A DNA stretch of 64,000 nucleotides. It comes from an uncultured Methanomicrobiales archaeon (GTDB taxonomy: Archaea; Halobacteriota; Methanomicrobia; Methanomicrobiales; Methanospirillaceae). The translations under genes and the position numbers were made by a program. The DNA is taken from contig OY969100.1 in NCBI GenBank assembly GCA_963697895.1, positions 1,088,001 through 1,152,000 of the forward strand, read 5' to 3'. This document shows, one piece after another, positions 20,288 through 31,253 of this stretch (position 1 is the first letter of the stretch; each line of letters opens with the position of its first letter). The notes below the pieces were generated by a model. That model searched no databases. It was not told the origin of the DNA and worked only from the letters and a program-made list of their open reading frames with translations.

Positions 20288-20457
20288 ACACCATTCTCCT
20301 TCTCGTCAGCAGGGGGATTGAATGGTCAACTACTTATAAGGTTGAGTCTCGATCCTTCGGGGAAGCAGAGAAGGTAGTGCGACCGGGAATGGGATTACAG
20401 GGATGGATCCCACGGACATTCCGAGCGACTCTCCTCCCGTTCCCGGAGAACTACCCG

Positions 20458-21021
20458 TCACAGGAGATGTTCCGTGACAATTTTGATCCCGATCAAGATC
20501 AGGATGATTCCCCCCACGATCTCCATTTTGGTCCCGAGAATCTTCCCGAGCCGGGTTCCCAGCATGACCCCGGCGATGGCGAAGATCGCTGCTATTACAC
20601 CGATAATCAGGCTCGGTATCGCTATTTGTATATCGAGGAACGCAAACCCGAGACCGATGGCGAGTGCATCGATACTGGTGGCCACCGCGAGAAGAAGAAC
20701 AGACGTCATCCCGGGGAAAGACGCGGTATTCTCTTCCCGGGCAGGTTCTTCCTTCAGCCCTTCATAGATCATCTTCAGGCCGATTATGGAGAGAATGATG
20801 AAGGCGACCCAGTGATCATAGGGGGCGATGATTTCGATGAAGAGGGATCCGGCAGCCCAGCCGAGAACAGTCATTCCTGCCTGGAACAACCCGAAGACAA
20901 GCGCGAACAGGAGGGCAAGGCGGACCTTGTCGATCCCGGGTTTTGCTCCCCGTGCGAGTGCGACCGCAAAACAATCCATCGCGAGGCCGATCCCGATGAT
21001 GACGATAGTGAGAAGGTCCAT
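20458..21021 (-). CDS. mntP: Manganese efflux pump MntP
   Basis: GLAMDCFAVA, FGLFQAGM, DHWVAF, ATSIDALAIG, EIVGGIILILIG. Confidence 0.92.
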   Translation of the reverse strand: MDLLTIVIIGIGLAMDCFAVALARGAKPGIDKVRLALLFALVFGLFQAGMTVLGWAAGSLFIEIIAPYDHWVAFIILSIIGLKMIYEGLKEEPAREENTASFPGMTSVLLLAVATSIDALAIGLGFAFLDIQIAIPSLIIGVIAAIFAIAGVMLGTRLGKILGTKMEIVGGIILILIGIKIVTEHLL

Positions 21022-21318
21022 GCGTTTTACAGGAATGGAGGTTTTTCGAAAATAAAGGGATCGGACGGGTGAAATCACCCGGGTGCAGGATCATCCCTCC
21101 TTTGGCATCTTGGATCGAACCGCCGGGTTTTTTTTCAGTTCCCATGAGGCAGAAGGACTGGTACGTCAGTTTCATCGCTGCCATCCCACCTGTCCCGGAG
21201 CGATATCAGAATGAGAGGAAGAACTCCATTCCGGAAGAGAAGTTCTCAGATGCCGATCGGATACTGCCGATCATCTATATCGCATCATACGGTATACACT
21301 TGAGATACGCGTGAATTG

Positions 21319-21870
21319 ATGAGATTTATCGCCCTGTTGCGGGGAGTGAATGTCGGGGGGAAGAAGAGCGTAACCATGGCGGAACTGGAAGGTGCGTTCG
21401 AGTCGCTCCGGTTCTCCCATGTCCGGTCGTATATCCAGAGCGGCAGCATCATCTTCGATGCCGAATCCCACGACGCCACGCGCCTGGCTAAAACGATCGA
21501 ACAGAAACTCCGCGAGACCCTCGGGTACCCCGTCCCGGTCATTATCCGGAAAACCGGCGATCTGGAAAAGATCGTGGACGGGAACCCGTTCATCGAAGAA
21601 CCCGGCGTCGATCCTACGAAACTGCACGTCACCTTCCTTGCAGAGATGCCGGACCCGGAACTGACCCGGGACCTGGACCTGAAGAAAGAGGAGAATGAAC
21701 GGTTCGTCGTCGCCGACAAGGAGGTATACCTCTATCTCCCGAACGGGTATGCACGAACGAAACTGGGGAACGCCGTCTTCGAGAAGAAATTCCGGACGAC
21801 GGCAACGACCCGGAACTGGAGAACCGTCAAAAAGCTCCTCGAGCTCTCGAAAGAGGAAGAGCCCTCCTGA
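21319..21870 (+). CDS. DUF1697 family protein
   Basis: ALLRGVNVGG, VRSYIQSG, TTRNWRTV. Confidence 0.92.
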   Translation: MRFIALLRGVNVGGKKSVTMAELEGAFESLRFSHVRSYIQSGSIIFDAESHDATRLAKTIEQKLRETLGYPVPVIIRKTGDLEKIVDGNPFIEEPGVDPTKLHVTFLAEMPDPELTRDLDLKKEENERFVVADKEVYLYLPNGYARTKLGNAVFEKKFRTTATTRNWRTVKKLLELSKEEEPS

Positions 21871-21930
21871 AAACACGGGAATGAGCCCGTTCCCGATCCG
21901 CGGCATCACCGCTTTTCCACCGAAGATAAC

Positions 21931-22125
21931 ACAGGAAATCCGGAATGAGCGTGATTTTAATTGATATCGCCGATAAGAAGGTCCATATCACATTCACTAT
22001 TATAAAACAGGAAATCCGGAATGAGCGTGATTTTAATGATGCTGCCGGTAAGAAGGTCCTTTCACGTTCACGAATATGATACAGGAAATCCGGAATGGGC
22101 CTGATTTTAATGATGCTGCCGGACA
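21931..22125. repeat. Imperfect tandem repeat, about 75-bp unit x ~2.6
   Basis: ACAGGAAATCCGGAATG(A/G)GC(G/C)TGATTTTAAT starts at 21931, 22007 and 22081. Confidence 0.9.
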
Positions 22126-22133
22126 GAAAGTAC

Positions 22134-22649
22134 ATGTCCCATGAAAGAGAGAGAATCCGTATGATATCCCCTGATACCATTCGGGACTGGCTGGCCGACG
22201 AGGGATTGTTCCGGCAGAAAGTCGCCGACGATAATGCACATTTCCATTTCACGATAGAAATCGGGCAACAGAACTTCATGGACGTGATTCAGCCGAAAGG
22301 GAAAACGGATCTGATTATTGTCGGGACCGGGGTCAGCGTCAGTCCCGAACATCTCCGCAAGATTGCAGAATTAAATCAAAAAAGGAGAGAGAATTTTTTA
22401 TGGAATTTCAGGCTGACGCTGAATCAGATGGAAGTATCGCTAACCCTGACCCATCCCGACAATATCCTGCAATTTTTTGCGGTGAACGATTCGATCTTTG
22501 AGGATGGATTATCGAAAGACCGGCTCATGCACACGATCAACAAGATTGCACGGGCAAAAATTCACGGGATCTGGTTAATTCAACAGGAATTTGGCAGTGA
22601 AAGCAGCGGAAAGACCGATACGAAGGATGACCTGAAGAGCTATGGTTAA
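22134..22649 (+). CDS. DUF2299 family protein
   Basis: IRDWLADEG, NAHFHF, V.QPKGK.D.I.V, IFEDGLSKDRLM; alternative start 22161. Confidence 0.75.
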   Translation: MSHERERIRMISPDTIRDWLADEGLFRQKVADDNAHFHFTIEIGQQNFMDVIQPKGKTDLIIVGTGVSVSPEHLRKIAELNQKRRENFLWNFRLTLNQMEVSLTLTHPDNILQFFAVNDSIFEDGLSKDRLMHTINKIARAKIHGIWLIQQEFGSESSGKTDTKDDLKSYG

Positions 22650-22853
22650 CCGTGAGATCTTAAACCCGACTCCCCCTGTTTTCATCCATAACATTCGCTC
22701 ACAAAACCAATTCTGTTGACACCATTTTTGGTCTTCATCCTGTTTCGCCTGCCGGGCGATCCGCCCCGGTGATCCCATCCTCATCCTTAATCCCCCAGTA
22801 CAGCGAAATACACAGAGAACAATCCACGATATCCTTTTGCAGGAAATCATAAT

Positions 22854-23771
22854 ATGCAGGTCATCGAAGCGAATAATCTTTCCAAATCGTTCGGCCCGGT
22901 CCTCGCGGTGGACAACGTCAGCATACTGGTGGAGGAGGGCGGGATCTTCGGCTTCCTCGGCCCGAACGGTGCGGGGAAGACGACCACGATCCGTATGCTC
23001 ACCGGCGTCCTGACTCCCGACACGGGAACGGTCCGGATCGGGGGGATCGACATGCAGAAAGATCCCCTCGGGGCCAAGCGGAAGATGGGCGTTATCCCCG
23101 AGAACGGCACCGTGTACAGCGACCTGACCGCGGAGCAGAACGTCCTCTGGACGGCACGGTTCTACGGGATGGGGACTGCCGCCGCCCGGAAGCGGGCGGA
23201 GGAGATCCTCTCGCGGCTGGGGCTCACCGAACGGCGGAACGACCTCGTCCGGACGTTCTCGAAGGGGATGCGGCAGCGGATCAGCATCGCCTGTGCGATC
23301 GTCCACTCGCCCCCCGTGCTGCTCCTCGACGAACCGACGACGGGGCTCGACGTGTACAGCCGCCGGCTCGTGATCGACACGGTCCGGCACATGAACGCGG
23401 AGGGAAGCACCATCCTCCTGACGACGCACAACATCGAGGAGGCGAACGCCCTCTGCACGAAGATCAGCATCATCGACAAGGGGAGGATCGTCGCGACCGA
23501 CAGCCCCGAGAAGCTCAAGAAGACCTTCGATATATCGCGGTACATCGAGGTCGCGTTCGATGAGCCGGTCGGGAAGGAGATCTTCGCGAGCCCTGATATC
23601 ACCCGCCTCGAGAACTGGGGGGACAAGTGGCGGGTCTACACGAACGATCCCGACCGGGGGGTAAAATATCTCGCGGAACTCGCCGAGGAACGCCACCTGC
23701 ATATTATATCGCTCGCCACCTCGAGCCCGACCCTGGAAGAGGCGTTCGTCCAGATCACCGGGGGTGCCTGA
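22854..23771 (+). CDS. ABC exporter ATP-binding protein (DrrA/CcmA-like)
   Basis: GPNGAGKTT, FSKGMRQR, LLLDEPTTGLD, LTTH. Confidence 0.95.
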   Translation: MQVIEANNLSKSFGPVLAVDNVSILVEEGGIFGFLGPNGAGKTTTIRMLTGVLTPDTGTVRIGGIDMQKDPLGAKRKMGVIPENGTVYSDLTAEQNVLWTARFYGMGTAAARKRAEEILSRLGLTERRNDLVRTFSKGMRQRISIACAIVHSPPVLLLDEPTTGLDVYSRRLVIDTVRHMNAEGSTILLTTHNIEEANALCTKISIIDKGRIVATDSPEKLKKTFDISRYIEVAFDEPVGKEIFASPDITRLENWGDKWRVYTNDPDRGVKYLAELAEERHLHIISLATSSPTLEEAFVQITGGA

Positions 23772-24517
23772 TGGACATGGGCCTTTTCGCCCGGAGCATT
23801 GCGATGGTCGCCGAGAAGAATATGCGGATCTATTACTTCAAGGGTCCCGTGGTCGTATTCGGCCTCCTCTTCCCCCTCCTGATGTTCTTCACCTTCTTCA
23901 TCGGGCGGAGCCTCGATATCGTCCTCTTCTTCCCCGGGTTCCTCGGCATGATGCTCTTTTTCACCGCGTCGTCGGTCGGCCCCCTGATCACCCCGTGGGA
24001 GAAGCGGGAGAAGACCTATGAGCGGCTCCTCTCCCTCCCCGTCGTCCTCGAGAGCATCATCCTCGGGGACCTCCTCGCCGGGGCGATATTCGGGGTGATG
24101 ATCACGACGATCGTCTGGATCGTGAGTGCGGTGCTCCTCCACCTCCCCCTGCTGAGTGCCGGCCTCCTCGCCGTCGGGTTCCTCCTCGGGTCGATCACCT
24201 TCGCCGCCCTCGGCACCCTGCTCGCCTCCCCGACGACGAACAACCCGTCGAACATCATGATGCTCTCGAGCCTCGTCCGGCTCCCGCTCATCTTCGTGAG
24301 CGGCATCTTCATCCCGCTCTCCCAGCTCTCCGGCTGGCAGTACGTCCTCACCTCGCTCTCCCCGCTCACCTACCTGGTCGACCTGTTCCACGCGGCGATC
24401 CTCGGGAACGCAGTCTACCCGGCATACGTCGACTCCCTGGTGCTCGTCTTCGTCATCCTCCTCTTCATCGGGGGAACGAAAATGATCCAGCGGCGGAACC
24501 TGGTGAAGGGCATTTAG
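23771..24517 (+). CDS. ABC-2 type permease
   Basis: TGATG overlap with the ATPase; 6 TM; TYERLLSLP, FVSGIFIP, SPLTY. Confidence 0.92.
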   Translation: MDMGLFARSIAMVAEKNMRIYYFKGPVVVFGLLFPLLMFFTFFIGRSLDIVLFFPGFLGMMLFFTASSVGPLITPWEKREKTYERLLSLPVVLESIILGDLLAGAIFGVMITTIVWIVSAVLLHLPLLSAGLLAVGFLLGSITFAALGTLLASPTTNNPSNIMMLSSLVRLPLIFVSGIFIPLSQLSGWQYVLTSLSPLTYLVDLFHAAILGNAVYPAYVDSLVLVFVILLFIGGTKMIQRRNLVKGI

Positions 24518-24885
24518 GAAGGAGGCAAGGAGAGGACTCCGGGGATTGGTCTCCAGTGATCGACCAGGAAATGGATCATGCGCCGGTCCGGACAGGGATC
24601 CTCCCCGGTTCGCCGCTGTACAATCCTTTCCTGCACCGATCAGAACAGGGACCCTCCGGTTCCCGTTTACCGTTTCAGATTACCTGTTATCGGCCAGAGA
24701 TTCTGATCTCTCAGCCAGAGACCGGCCATCCACTATTATACCCGATCCTGAACAGGAGATAATATAAAAAGAGAATTTCATCCCGACAGCCCCCGTTATT
24801 CCCTGTCGTGTTTTTATCCGGGGATCCATTCATATAGGACCACAGACAAGAATGGTTCGTTCCCTGATAATGGGGGGTAATAGCC

Positions 24886-25287
24886 ATGAAGAAAGGTTTT
24901 TCAGCAGATCTCGAAGCAGAAACCCGGAAGAACACGGACTTCCGGAGGGTATTGTACACCGGAAAATACAGCCAGCTCGTCCTGATGCGGCTCCGGCCGG
25001 GGGAGGATATCGGCATGGAGACGCATGACGACGTGGACCAGTTCTTCCGGTTCGAGGAAGGAGAGGGAGTGGTCGTGATCGACGACACCAGGCATCCCGT
25101 GAAGGACGGGAGCGGCGTGATCGTCCCGTCGGGCGCGAAGCACAACGTGACGAATACCTCGAAGACCGCGGACCTCAAACTGTACACGATCTACTCGCCG
25201 CCCGAACACCAGGACAAGGTGGTGCGGAAGACCAAGCAGGAGGCCCTTGCAAAGGAAGAGCATTTCGATGGGAAGCCGACCGAGTAG
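24886..25287 (+). CDS. Cupin domain protein
   Basis: FRRVLYTG..SQLVLM, GEDIG.E.H, DQFF, VPSGAKHN, LYTIYSPPEH. Confidence 0.92.
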   Translation: MKKGFSADLEAETRKNTDFRRVLYTGKYSQLVLMRLRPGEDIGMETHDDVDQFFRFEEGEGVVVIDDTRHPVKDGSGVIVPSGAKHNVTNTSKTADLKLYTIYSPPEHQDKVVRKTKQEALAKEEHFDGKPTE

Positions 25288-25316
25288 ACGATGGGGAAAG
25301 TCCCCCTTACAAAGAA

Positions 25317-26780
25317 TTACTTTTTTGTCCCGGTCAGGGAACCGAGCACTCCCCGGATGATCTCCCTGCCGATCTGGCTCCCGATCGCCTGGGCGGCGCT
25401 CTTTGCCGCAGACCCCATGAGACCACCCGGGGCAGCACGGGAAGATTTGGGCGCCTTCTTTTCAGGCACCTCCGGTTTCTTCGGCGCAACGGTCTTCTCC
25501 GCTCTCATCTTCAGTTGTTCATACGCGGATTCACGGTCGACGACGTTCGCATAGGTTGCCCGGAGCGGGGAATCCCGGATGATCAATTCCCGCTCTTCCG
25601 GCGTGAGCGGGGCGATCCGGCTGTGGGGCGGATAGATGAGGGCGCGTTCGACCATGGTCGGACTTCCTCTGGCATCCAGCATCGAGACGAGCGCTTCCCC
25701 GATCCGGAGATCCGTAATCGCGGTCACCGTGTCGAATGCCGGGTTGGGCCGCAGCGTCTGCGCCGCCCCCTTCACCTCTTTCTGGTCCTTCGGGGTGAAG
25801 ACCCGGAGGGCATGGTGCACCCGGTTCCCGAGCTGCCCGAGGACCGGGTCCGGGAGGTCGAGCGGGTTCTGAGTGACAAAGTACACCCCGATCCCCTTCG
25901 ACCGGATCAACCGGACGACCTGCACGATCCGCTCCTCGAGCATCTTCGGGGTGTCCTGGAAGAGCAGATGGGCCTCGTCAAAGAAGAATACCAGCCGGGG
26001 TTTTTCGGGGTCCCCGACCTCGGGGAACTGTTCGAAGAGTTCGGAGAGGAGCCAGAGGAGGAGTGTGGCGTATACCTTCGGGGACTGCATCAGGCGGTCG
26101 GCCGCAAGGATGTTGACCATCCCGCGGCCTTGTGAATCATTCCGGGTAAAATCAAGGACATTCATGGCAGGTTCCCCGAAGAAGCGGTCGGCCCCCTGTT
26201 GTTCGAGGGTGAGCAGGCTCCTCTGGATGGAACCGATGCTGGACGGGGATATGTTCCCGTACTGGCTTTTTAAATCTTTTGCGTGATCGCTGCAGTACTG
26301 GGCCATGGATCTCAGGTCTTTCAGATCGAGCAGCAGGAGGCCCTGGTCGTCAGCGATCTTGAAGAGTATCGTGAGTACGTCCGTCTGGATATCGTTCAGA
26401 TCCAGGATCCGCCCCAGGAGCAGCGGTCCCATCTCCGAGACCGTTGTCCTGACCGGGTGGCCGGATTCCCCGTACACATCCCAGAACGTGACCGGATAGC
26501 CATCCGGGAGCACCCCGGGAAGTCCGAGTTCCGCTGCCCGTTCGACGATCTTCGGGTTGTCCCCGCCGGGCTTTACCATCCCGGAGAGATCTCCCTTGAT
26601 ATCTGCCATGAAGACCGGGACCCCGATCCGGGAAAAATTTTCGGCGAGCACCCGCAGCGTTACCGTCTTCCCGGTCCCGGTCGCCCCCGCGATTAGGCCG
26701 TGGCGGTTTGCCATCCCCGGCAACATATAGACAATCTGCTCTCCCTTTCCGATGGGGAGGGGTTCAATATTATCCGGCAT
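25317..26780 (-). CDS. DUF853/YjgR family HerA-like P-loop ATPase
   Basis: [55 protein letters not shown]. Confidence 0.93.
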   Translation of the reverse strand: MPDNIEPLPIGKGEQIVYMLPGMANRHGLIAGATGTGKTVTLRVLAENFSRIGVPVFMADIKGDLSGMVKPGGDNPKIVERAAELGLPGVLPDGYPVTFWDVYGESGHPVRTTVSEMGPLLLGRILDLNDIQTDVLTILFKIADDQGLLLLDLKDLRSMAQYCSDHAKDLKSQYGNISPSSIGSIQRSLLTLEQQGADRFFGEPAMNVLDFTRNDSQGRGMVNILAADRLMQSPKVYATLLLWLLSELFEQFPEVGDPEKPRLVFFFDEAHLLFQDTPKMLEERIVQVVRLIRSKGIGVYFVTQNPLDLPDPVLGQLGNRVHHALRVFTPKDQKEVKGAAQTLRPNPAFDTVTAITDLRIGEALVSMLDARGSPTMVERALIYPPHSRIAPLTPEERELIIRDSPLRATYANVVDRESAYEQLKMRAEKTVAPKKPEVPEKKAPKSSRAAPGGLMGSAAKSAAQAIGSQIGREIIRGVLGSLTGTKK

Positions 26781-26904
26781 TCCAATCCCATGCCAATATA
26801 CTGCCCGAACAGATATGTTTTATCCGGTCCGGGGAAAGAAGTGGCGGAAGCTCATGGGGAGGCCGGGATTATGTGAAGGGAATACCGAATACCAAAAAAA
26901 GAGA

Positions 26905-27126
26905 TTACTTCGGGATATACTGCTGCAGCGGTTGTTTAACCGCATCAGGAACCCCGAGGTTCCCGAGGATCGGCATCAGGAGCTTCCCCGCCAGCTCCTT
27001 CCCCTGCGGGCTTGCGACGAACTGCTGGAGCATCGCCATTCCTTCCGGCGATGTGATGTATTTCATGACCTGTTCCTTGCCCCCGGATGACCCCAGGGCA
27101 CCAGTAATACTGCCAAGATCTACCAT
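26905..27126 (-). CDS. Small hypothetical protein
   Basis: 73 aa, GAGG before ATG, internal near-repeat YITSPEG/FVASPQG. Confidence 0.65.
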   Translation of the reverse strand: MVDLGSITGALGSSGGKEQVMKYITSPEGMAMLQQFVASPQGKELAGKLLMPILGNLGVPDAVKQPLQQYIPK

Positions 27127-27579
27127 GCGAGCGTACCTCGTGCAGATAGGATCCCTGTCGGGGATAAAGATATCATCCGGGGAGAAATCTCATGCACGGG
27201 TTGTCCCGCGAAATAAGGAACGTATGTGCGCTTTGGATCGGATTCCTGTCCCCAATCGGGAACCTGAAAACAACAGGAACCCTCCGTCGTTTCGGAAACG
27301 ATACGTGCAGTTCGCGATCGGTCTGTGAAATTGTATTACAGTCATCTCAGTCCCCTGATGATATGCTATTTTTGCCACCTCACTGCCGCGGAACCTTTTT
27401 AAAGATATCAATATATAATGCCCGGACGGATACCCTGCTGGAAAATACGATACCTGTCACCGCATCCGGTGAGCACGAAGCTCATCATTCGATCTGTAAC
27501 GGTATCTTGAATTATGCAGCAATCCTTAAAAAAAGACCTTGAAAAATCAAATTTCGGAATTATCCGACGGAGAACTACG

Positions 27580-29928
27580 ATGACCAAACCATGGAAAGGG
27601 AAAATTGCACTCGATATCCGCGATTCAAAACCGGACTGGACCCCGTATATCCAGCCGACCGCACCGGAAGGTGCACCCAATGTCCTGATGATCGTCTGGG
27701 ATGATGTGGGGTATGGGACCATGGACACGTTCGGTGGTCCCGTTGAGACGCCGAATATGACCAGGATCGCTGACTCCGGAATCCGGTTCAGTAATTTTCA
27801 TACCACCGCCCTCTGCTCCCCCACCCGTTCCTGTCTCCTCACGGGACGGAACGCGACGAGCAACAACATGGCCTGCATCACCGAAGGGTCGGCGGGGTTC
27901 CCGGGGATCAGCGCCCGGATACCGTTCGAGAACGGGACCATCGCCGAGGTGCTCAATGAACGGGGCTGGAACACCTATGCCATCGGGAAGTGGCACCTTA
28001 CCCCCGGTGAGGAGGTCGATCTCTCGGCATGGAAGGGACGCTGGCCGCTGGGCCGGGGATTCGAGCGGTTCTACGGGTTCCTCGGGGGGGAGTCCAGCCA
28101 GTGGTACCCCGATCTCGTCTATGACAACCACCCGGTCGAACAGCCATACCTGCCAGAGGAGGGATACCACCTCTCCAAAGACCTCGCCGACAAGGCGATC
28201 GGGTTTGTACGGGATGCGAAGATGGTGGCCCCGGATAAGCCCTGGTTCCTGTACTTCTGCCCGGGATGCGCCCATGCCCCGCACCACGTCTTCAAGGAAT
28301 GGGCCGATCGGTACAAAGGCAGGTTCGACCAGGGTTACGAGGAGATCCGGAGACAGATCCTCGCAAACCAGAAGAAGATGGGACTTTTACCGGCATCCAC
28401 CGAATTATCCCCGATCAACCCGCACGGGGAACCCGATGTGAAAGGACCGGACGGGCAGCCCTGGCCGGGGCTCGATTTTGTGCGGCCATGGAATTCGCTC
28501 TCGAAAGAGGAGCAGAAACTGTTCACCCGGATGGCCGAGGTCTTTGCCGGTTTTGTCTCCTACACGGATCACGAGATCGGGAGGATCCTCGATTATCTCC
28601 AGGAGTCGGGGCAGCTGGAGAACACGATCGTGATCGTCGTCTCGGACAACGGTGCGAGCGGCGAGGGGGGACCGAACGGTACTTTCAACGAGGCGAAATT
28701 TTTCAACAATATTCCCGACGACATCAAAGAGAACCTCCTCCACCTCGACGAACTCGGCAGCCCGAAGTCCTACAACCACTACTGCAACGGGTGGGCGTGG
28801 GCCTTTGACACCCCGTTCCCCTACTGGAAACGGTTTGCCGGGTACGAGGGCGGGGTCGCCGATATGTGTCTCGTTGCGTGGCCAAAAGGCATTCCTGCCC
28901 GCGGGGAGATGCGCCACCAGTACGTCCATGCCGTGGACATCGTGCCGACCCTCTACGACTTCCTGGGCATCCAGCCCCCCGGGGTCCTGAAGGGGTATAC
29001 CCAGAGCCCGATTGAAGGGGAGAGTTTTATCCCGGCCATCCGGGATCCGAAGGCACCGGAAAAGGAGGTCCAGTTCTACACGATGCTCGGCCAGAGGGCG
29101 CTCTATTCCCAGGGCTGGCTGGCAAATACCCTCCATCCACCCCTCTCCGGCTGGTCCAGGTTCGAGCATGATGTCTGGGAGCTCTACAACCTGAAAGAAG
29201 ACCGGTCCCAGATGCATAACGTTGCCGACAAGAACCCTGAGATACTCGGGAAACTAAAGGGCCTCTGGTACTACTATGCCGGCATCTACCGGGGCCTCCC
29301 CCTCGATGATCGCAGTGCCCTGGAGATCATCACCACGGAGCGACCGCAGCCTTCGAAGATCCGGAACCGCTACATCTATTATCCTGACTGTGCGGATGTA
29401 CCCGAGATCGTGGCGGTCAATATCAGGCGGCGTTCATATACCATCGTCGCCGGGGCAGTCATCGATTCGCCCGACGCGACGGGTGTCCTTTTTGCCCAGG
29501 GGGGTGTCACAGGGGGCCACAGCCTGTATATCAAAGATAACAGGCTGCACTACCTGTACAACTGGCTGGGGGAGAAGTTCCAGAAGGTCTCGTCGGATAT
29601 CGGGATCTCCCCGGGGAAACATGCCTTTACCGCGGAGTTCGTGAAAACGGGGGACCACAAAGAGACCATGAGTGCGCTGGGCACGCTCACCCTGTACATC
29701 GACACAAAGCAGGTCGGCCAGGCGACCATCATGACCCAGCCGGGGTACTTCGGTCTGGTCGGAGACGGCCTCTGCGTCGGAAGAGACAGTGCATCACCCG
29801 TATCGCCCGATTATACCGCACCCTTCCGCTTCACGGGAGGAGTTATCGAACGGGTCATCGTGGACGTGAGCGGGGAATTGTATGTGGACCATGAGAAGGA
29901 GGTTACTGCCTGGCTCATGAGGGACTGA
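27580..29928 (+). CDS. Cys-type (formylglycine) arylsulfatase, long form with C-terminal LamG-like domain
   Basis: PNVL.I.WDDVG, CSPTR..LLTGR, GKWHL, HAPHH, SDNG; no signal peptide. Confidence 0.95.
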   Translation: MTKPWKGKIALDIRDSKPDWTPYIQPTAPEGAPNVLMIVWDDVGYGTMDTFGGPVETPNMTRIADSGIRFSNFHTTALCSPTRSCLLTGRNATSNNMACITEGSAGFPGISARIPFENGTIAEVLNERGWNTYAIGKWHLTPGEEVDLSAWKGRWPLGRGFERFYGFLGGESSQWYPDLVYDNHPVEQPYLPEEGYHLSKDLADKAIGFVRDAKMVAPDKPWFLYFCPGCAHAPHHVFKEWADRYKGRFDQGYEEIRRQILANQKKMGLLPASTELSPINPHGEPDVKGPDGQPWPGLDFVRPWNSLSKEEQKLFTRMAEVFAGFVSYTDHEIGRILDYLQESGQLENTIVIVVSDNGASGEGGPNGTFNEAKFFNNIPDDIKENLLHLDELGSPKSYNHYCNGWAWAFDTPFPYWKRFAGYEGGVADMCLVAWPKGIPARGEMRHQYVHAVDIVPTLYDFLGIQPPGVLKGYTQSPIEGESFIPAIRDPKAPEKEVQFYTMLGQRALYSQGWLANTLHPPLSGWSRFEHDVWELYNLKEDRSQMHNVADKNPEILGKLKGLWYYYAGIYRGLPLDDRSALEIITTERPQPSKIRNRYIYYPDCADVPEIVAVNIRRRSYTIVAGAVIDSPDATGVLFAQGGVTGGHSLYIKDNRLHYLYNWLGEKFQKVSSDIGISPGKHAFTAEFVKTGDHKETMSALGTLTLYIDTKQVGQATIMTQPGYFGLVGDGLCVGRDSASPVSPDYTAPFRFTGGVIERVIVDVSGELYVDHEKEVTAWLMRD

Positions 29929-29954
29929 CCGGCTGGCACACATTAATCCTTTTT

Positions 29955-30215
29955 TTGGTTCATAGCGAAGACAGTCCGGCGCACCAAACGCGAAAAATTC
30001 CCGAAATTCTACGGGGGAGTGCCCTGTTCTCTCGCAGGCAGGGGCAGGTGCCCAGGAACAGGTTTGCGGTTACCCGTGACGGCGAGCCAGGGCCTGCAGT
30101 ATCCCTGCGAAGGCTACCGGATGTTCTTTTTCCCCTTCGACAGGGCGATGAAGTTCATGGTCAGGGAAAGAACGAGAGGGCGGTCGGCCATCAAACGTTG
30201 ATGAAATACCTGCAG
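29955..30215 (+). pseudogene. Decayed 3' remnant of an anaerobic sulfatase maturase gene
   Basis: Frameshifted fragments KRE.FPK, CPVL, CP.NRFA, GEPGL.Y.CEGYRMFF and MKFMVRE are collinear with the C-terminus of the intact gene at 46599-47792. Confidence 0.8.
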
Positions 30216-30361
30216 GATAAGAAATTATCAGGACCATATCTCACACAACTCCGTGGAAACGCCTTTTCCTTATTTTCCTCCGTCATTTACTAAAAAATCG
30301 CCCCTCACAAATAAGAGCCTTAAATACGTCCACGGCCGGATTTCTTTAGTTGTGAATTTTC

Positions 30362-31198
30362 ATGTTCCAAATCAAGCGCAGGGAGCAACTGGACTTCGGG
30401 TATGAACTATTCATCGCCGCGGTGTCGATTCTTTCGGTTTTCAACCTGATACTGATCTATTTTCCGAATATAGATCCGGATTCGGTGAATGTCGTCTATA
30501 TTATCAATGTCATCCTCACCCTGTTCTTTGTCTATGACTTCAGTCTCCGGTTTTCCACGGCACCTGACCGGAAGTTCTACTTCTTCCGGAACTTCGGGTG
30601 GGCTGACCTGCTGGCGATAATCCCGCTCTTCCGTATCTTCCGGTTGTTCCGGATCTATAAGGCCTACCGGATCATCAAAAAGTACGGGTTTACGTATATC
30701 AGAGAGTACCTCTCCCATAACAGGGCCGCATCAGCACTGTATATCCTCATCCTGATGGTCCTTCTCATCATTGAATTCGGGTCCATCTTTGTACTCCAGG
30801 CGGAAGGAAAATCCCCTGATGCGAATATCACCAGCGCCGGGGATGCGATATGGTGGGCGTATGTGACCATCACCACGGTCGGCTACGGGGATCAGTATCC
30901 CGTGACGACAGGGGGCCGGATCGTGGGAGTCCTGGTGATGACCACGGGAGTGGCAGTCTTTGCGACGTTTGCCGGGCTGATATCGAGCAAACTCCTGGCG
31001 CCGCCGGCACAGCCCCAAAGAGAGGAGGAATCGCCGGAACAACCCCCGGCGGGAGAAGATACGGCTGCCCGGCATCTTGCGGAACTGAAACAGCTGATCG
31101 GCGAACGGGAGAAGATCGAGACCGAGATCACCAGCCGGGTCGAACAGCTGGAACAGTTGCTGGAAAAGGGTCAATACCGGGCGGTTGGGGGAGATTAA
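30362..31198 (+). CDS. Voltage-gated-type potassium channel (6TM)
   Basis: S4 RIFRLFRIYKAYR; pore WWAYVTITTVGYGD; C-terminal coiled coil. Confidence 0.92.
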   Translation: MFQIKRREQLDFGYELFIAAVSILSVFNLILIYFPNIDPDSVNVVYIINVILTLFFVYDFSLRFSTAPDRKFYFFRNFGWADLLAIIPLFRIFRLFRIYKAYRIIKKYGFTYIREYLSHNRAASALYILILMVLLIIEFGSIFVLQAEGKSPDANITSAGDAIWWAYVTITTVGYGDQYPVTTGGRIVGVLVMTTGVAVFATFAGLISSKLLAPPAQPQREEESPEQPPAGEDTAARHLAELKQLIGEREKIETEITSRVEQLEQLLEKGQYRAVGGD

Positions 31199-31253
31199 CA
31201 GATACGGTCCGGAAACAATATTTTTTAAAAAGAGATTGAGCTGCGAAAAAACG

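Noticed and set aside
21931-22125. Possible CRISPR mini-array
   Set aside because: The inter-core segments are homologous to each other, so this is a tandem repeat
25317-26780. HerA-like ATPase as a defence system component (e.g. Sir2-HerA)
   Set aside because: Motifs match the widespread DUF853/YjgR family; there is no nuclease or sirtuin partner, and GC is host-like
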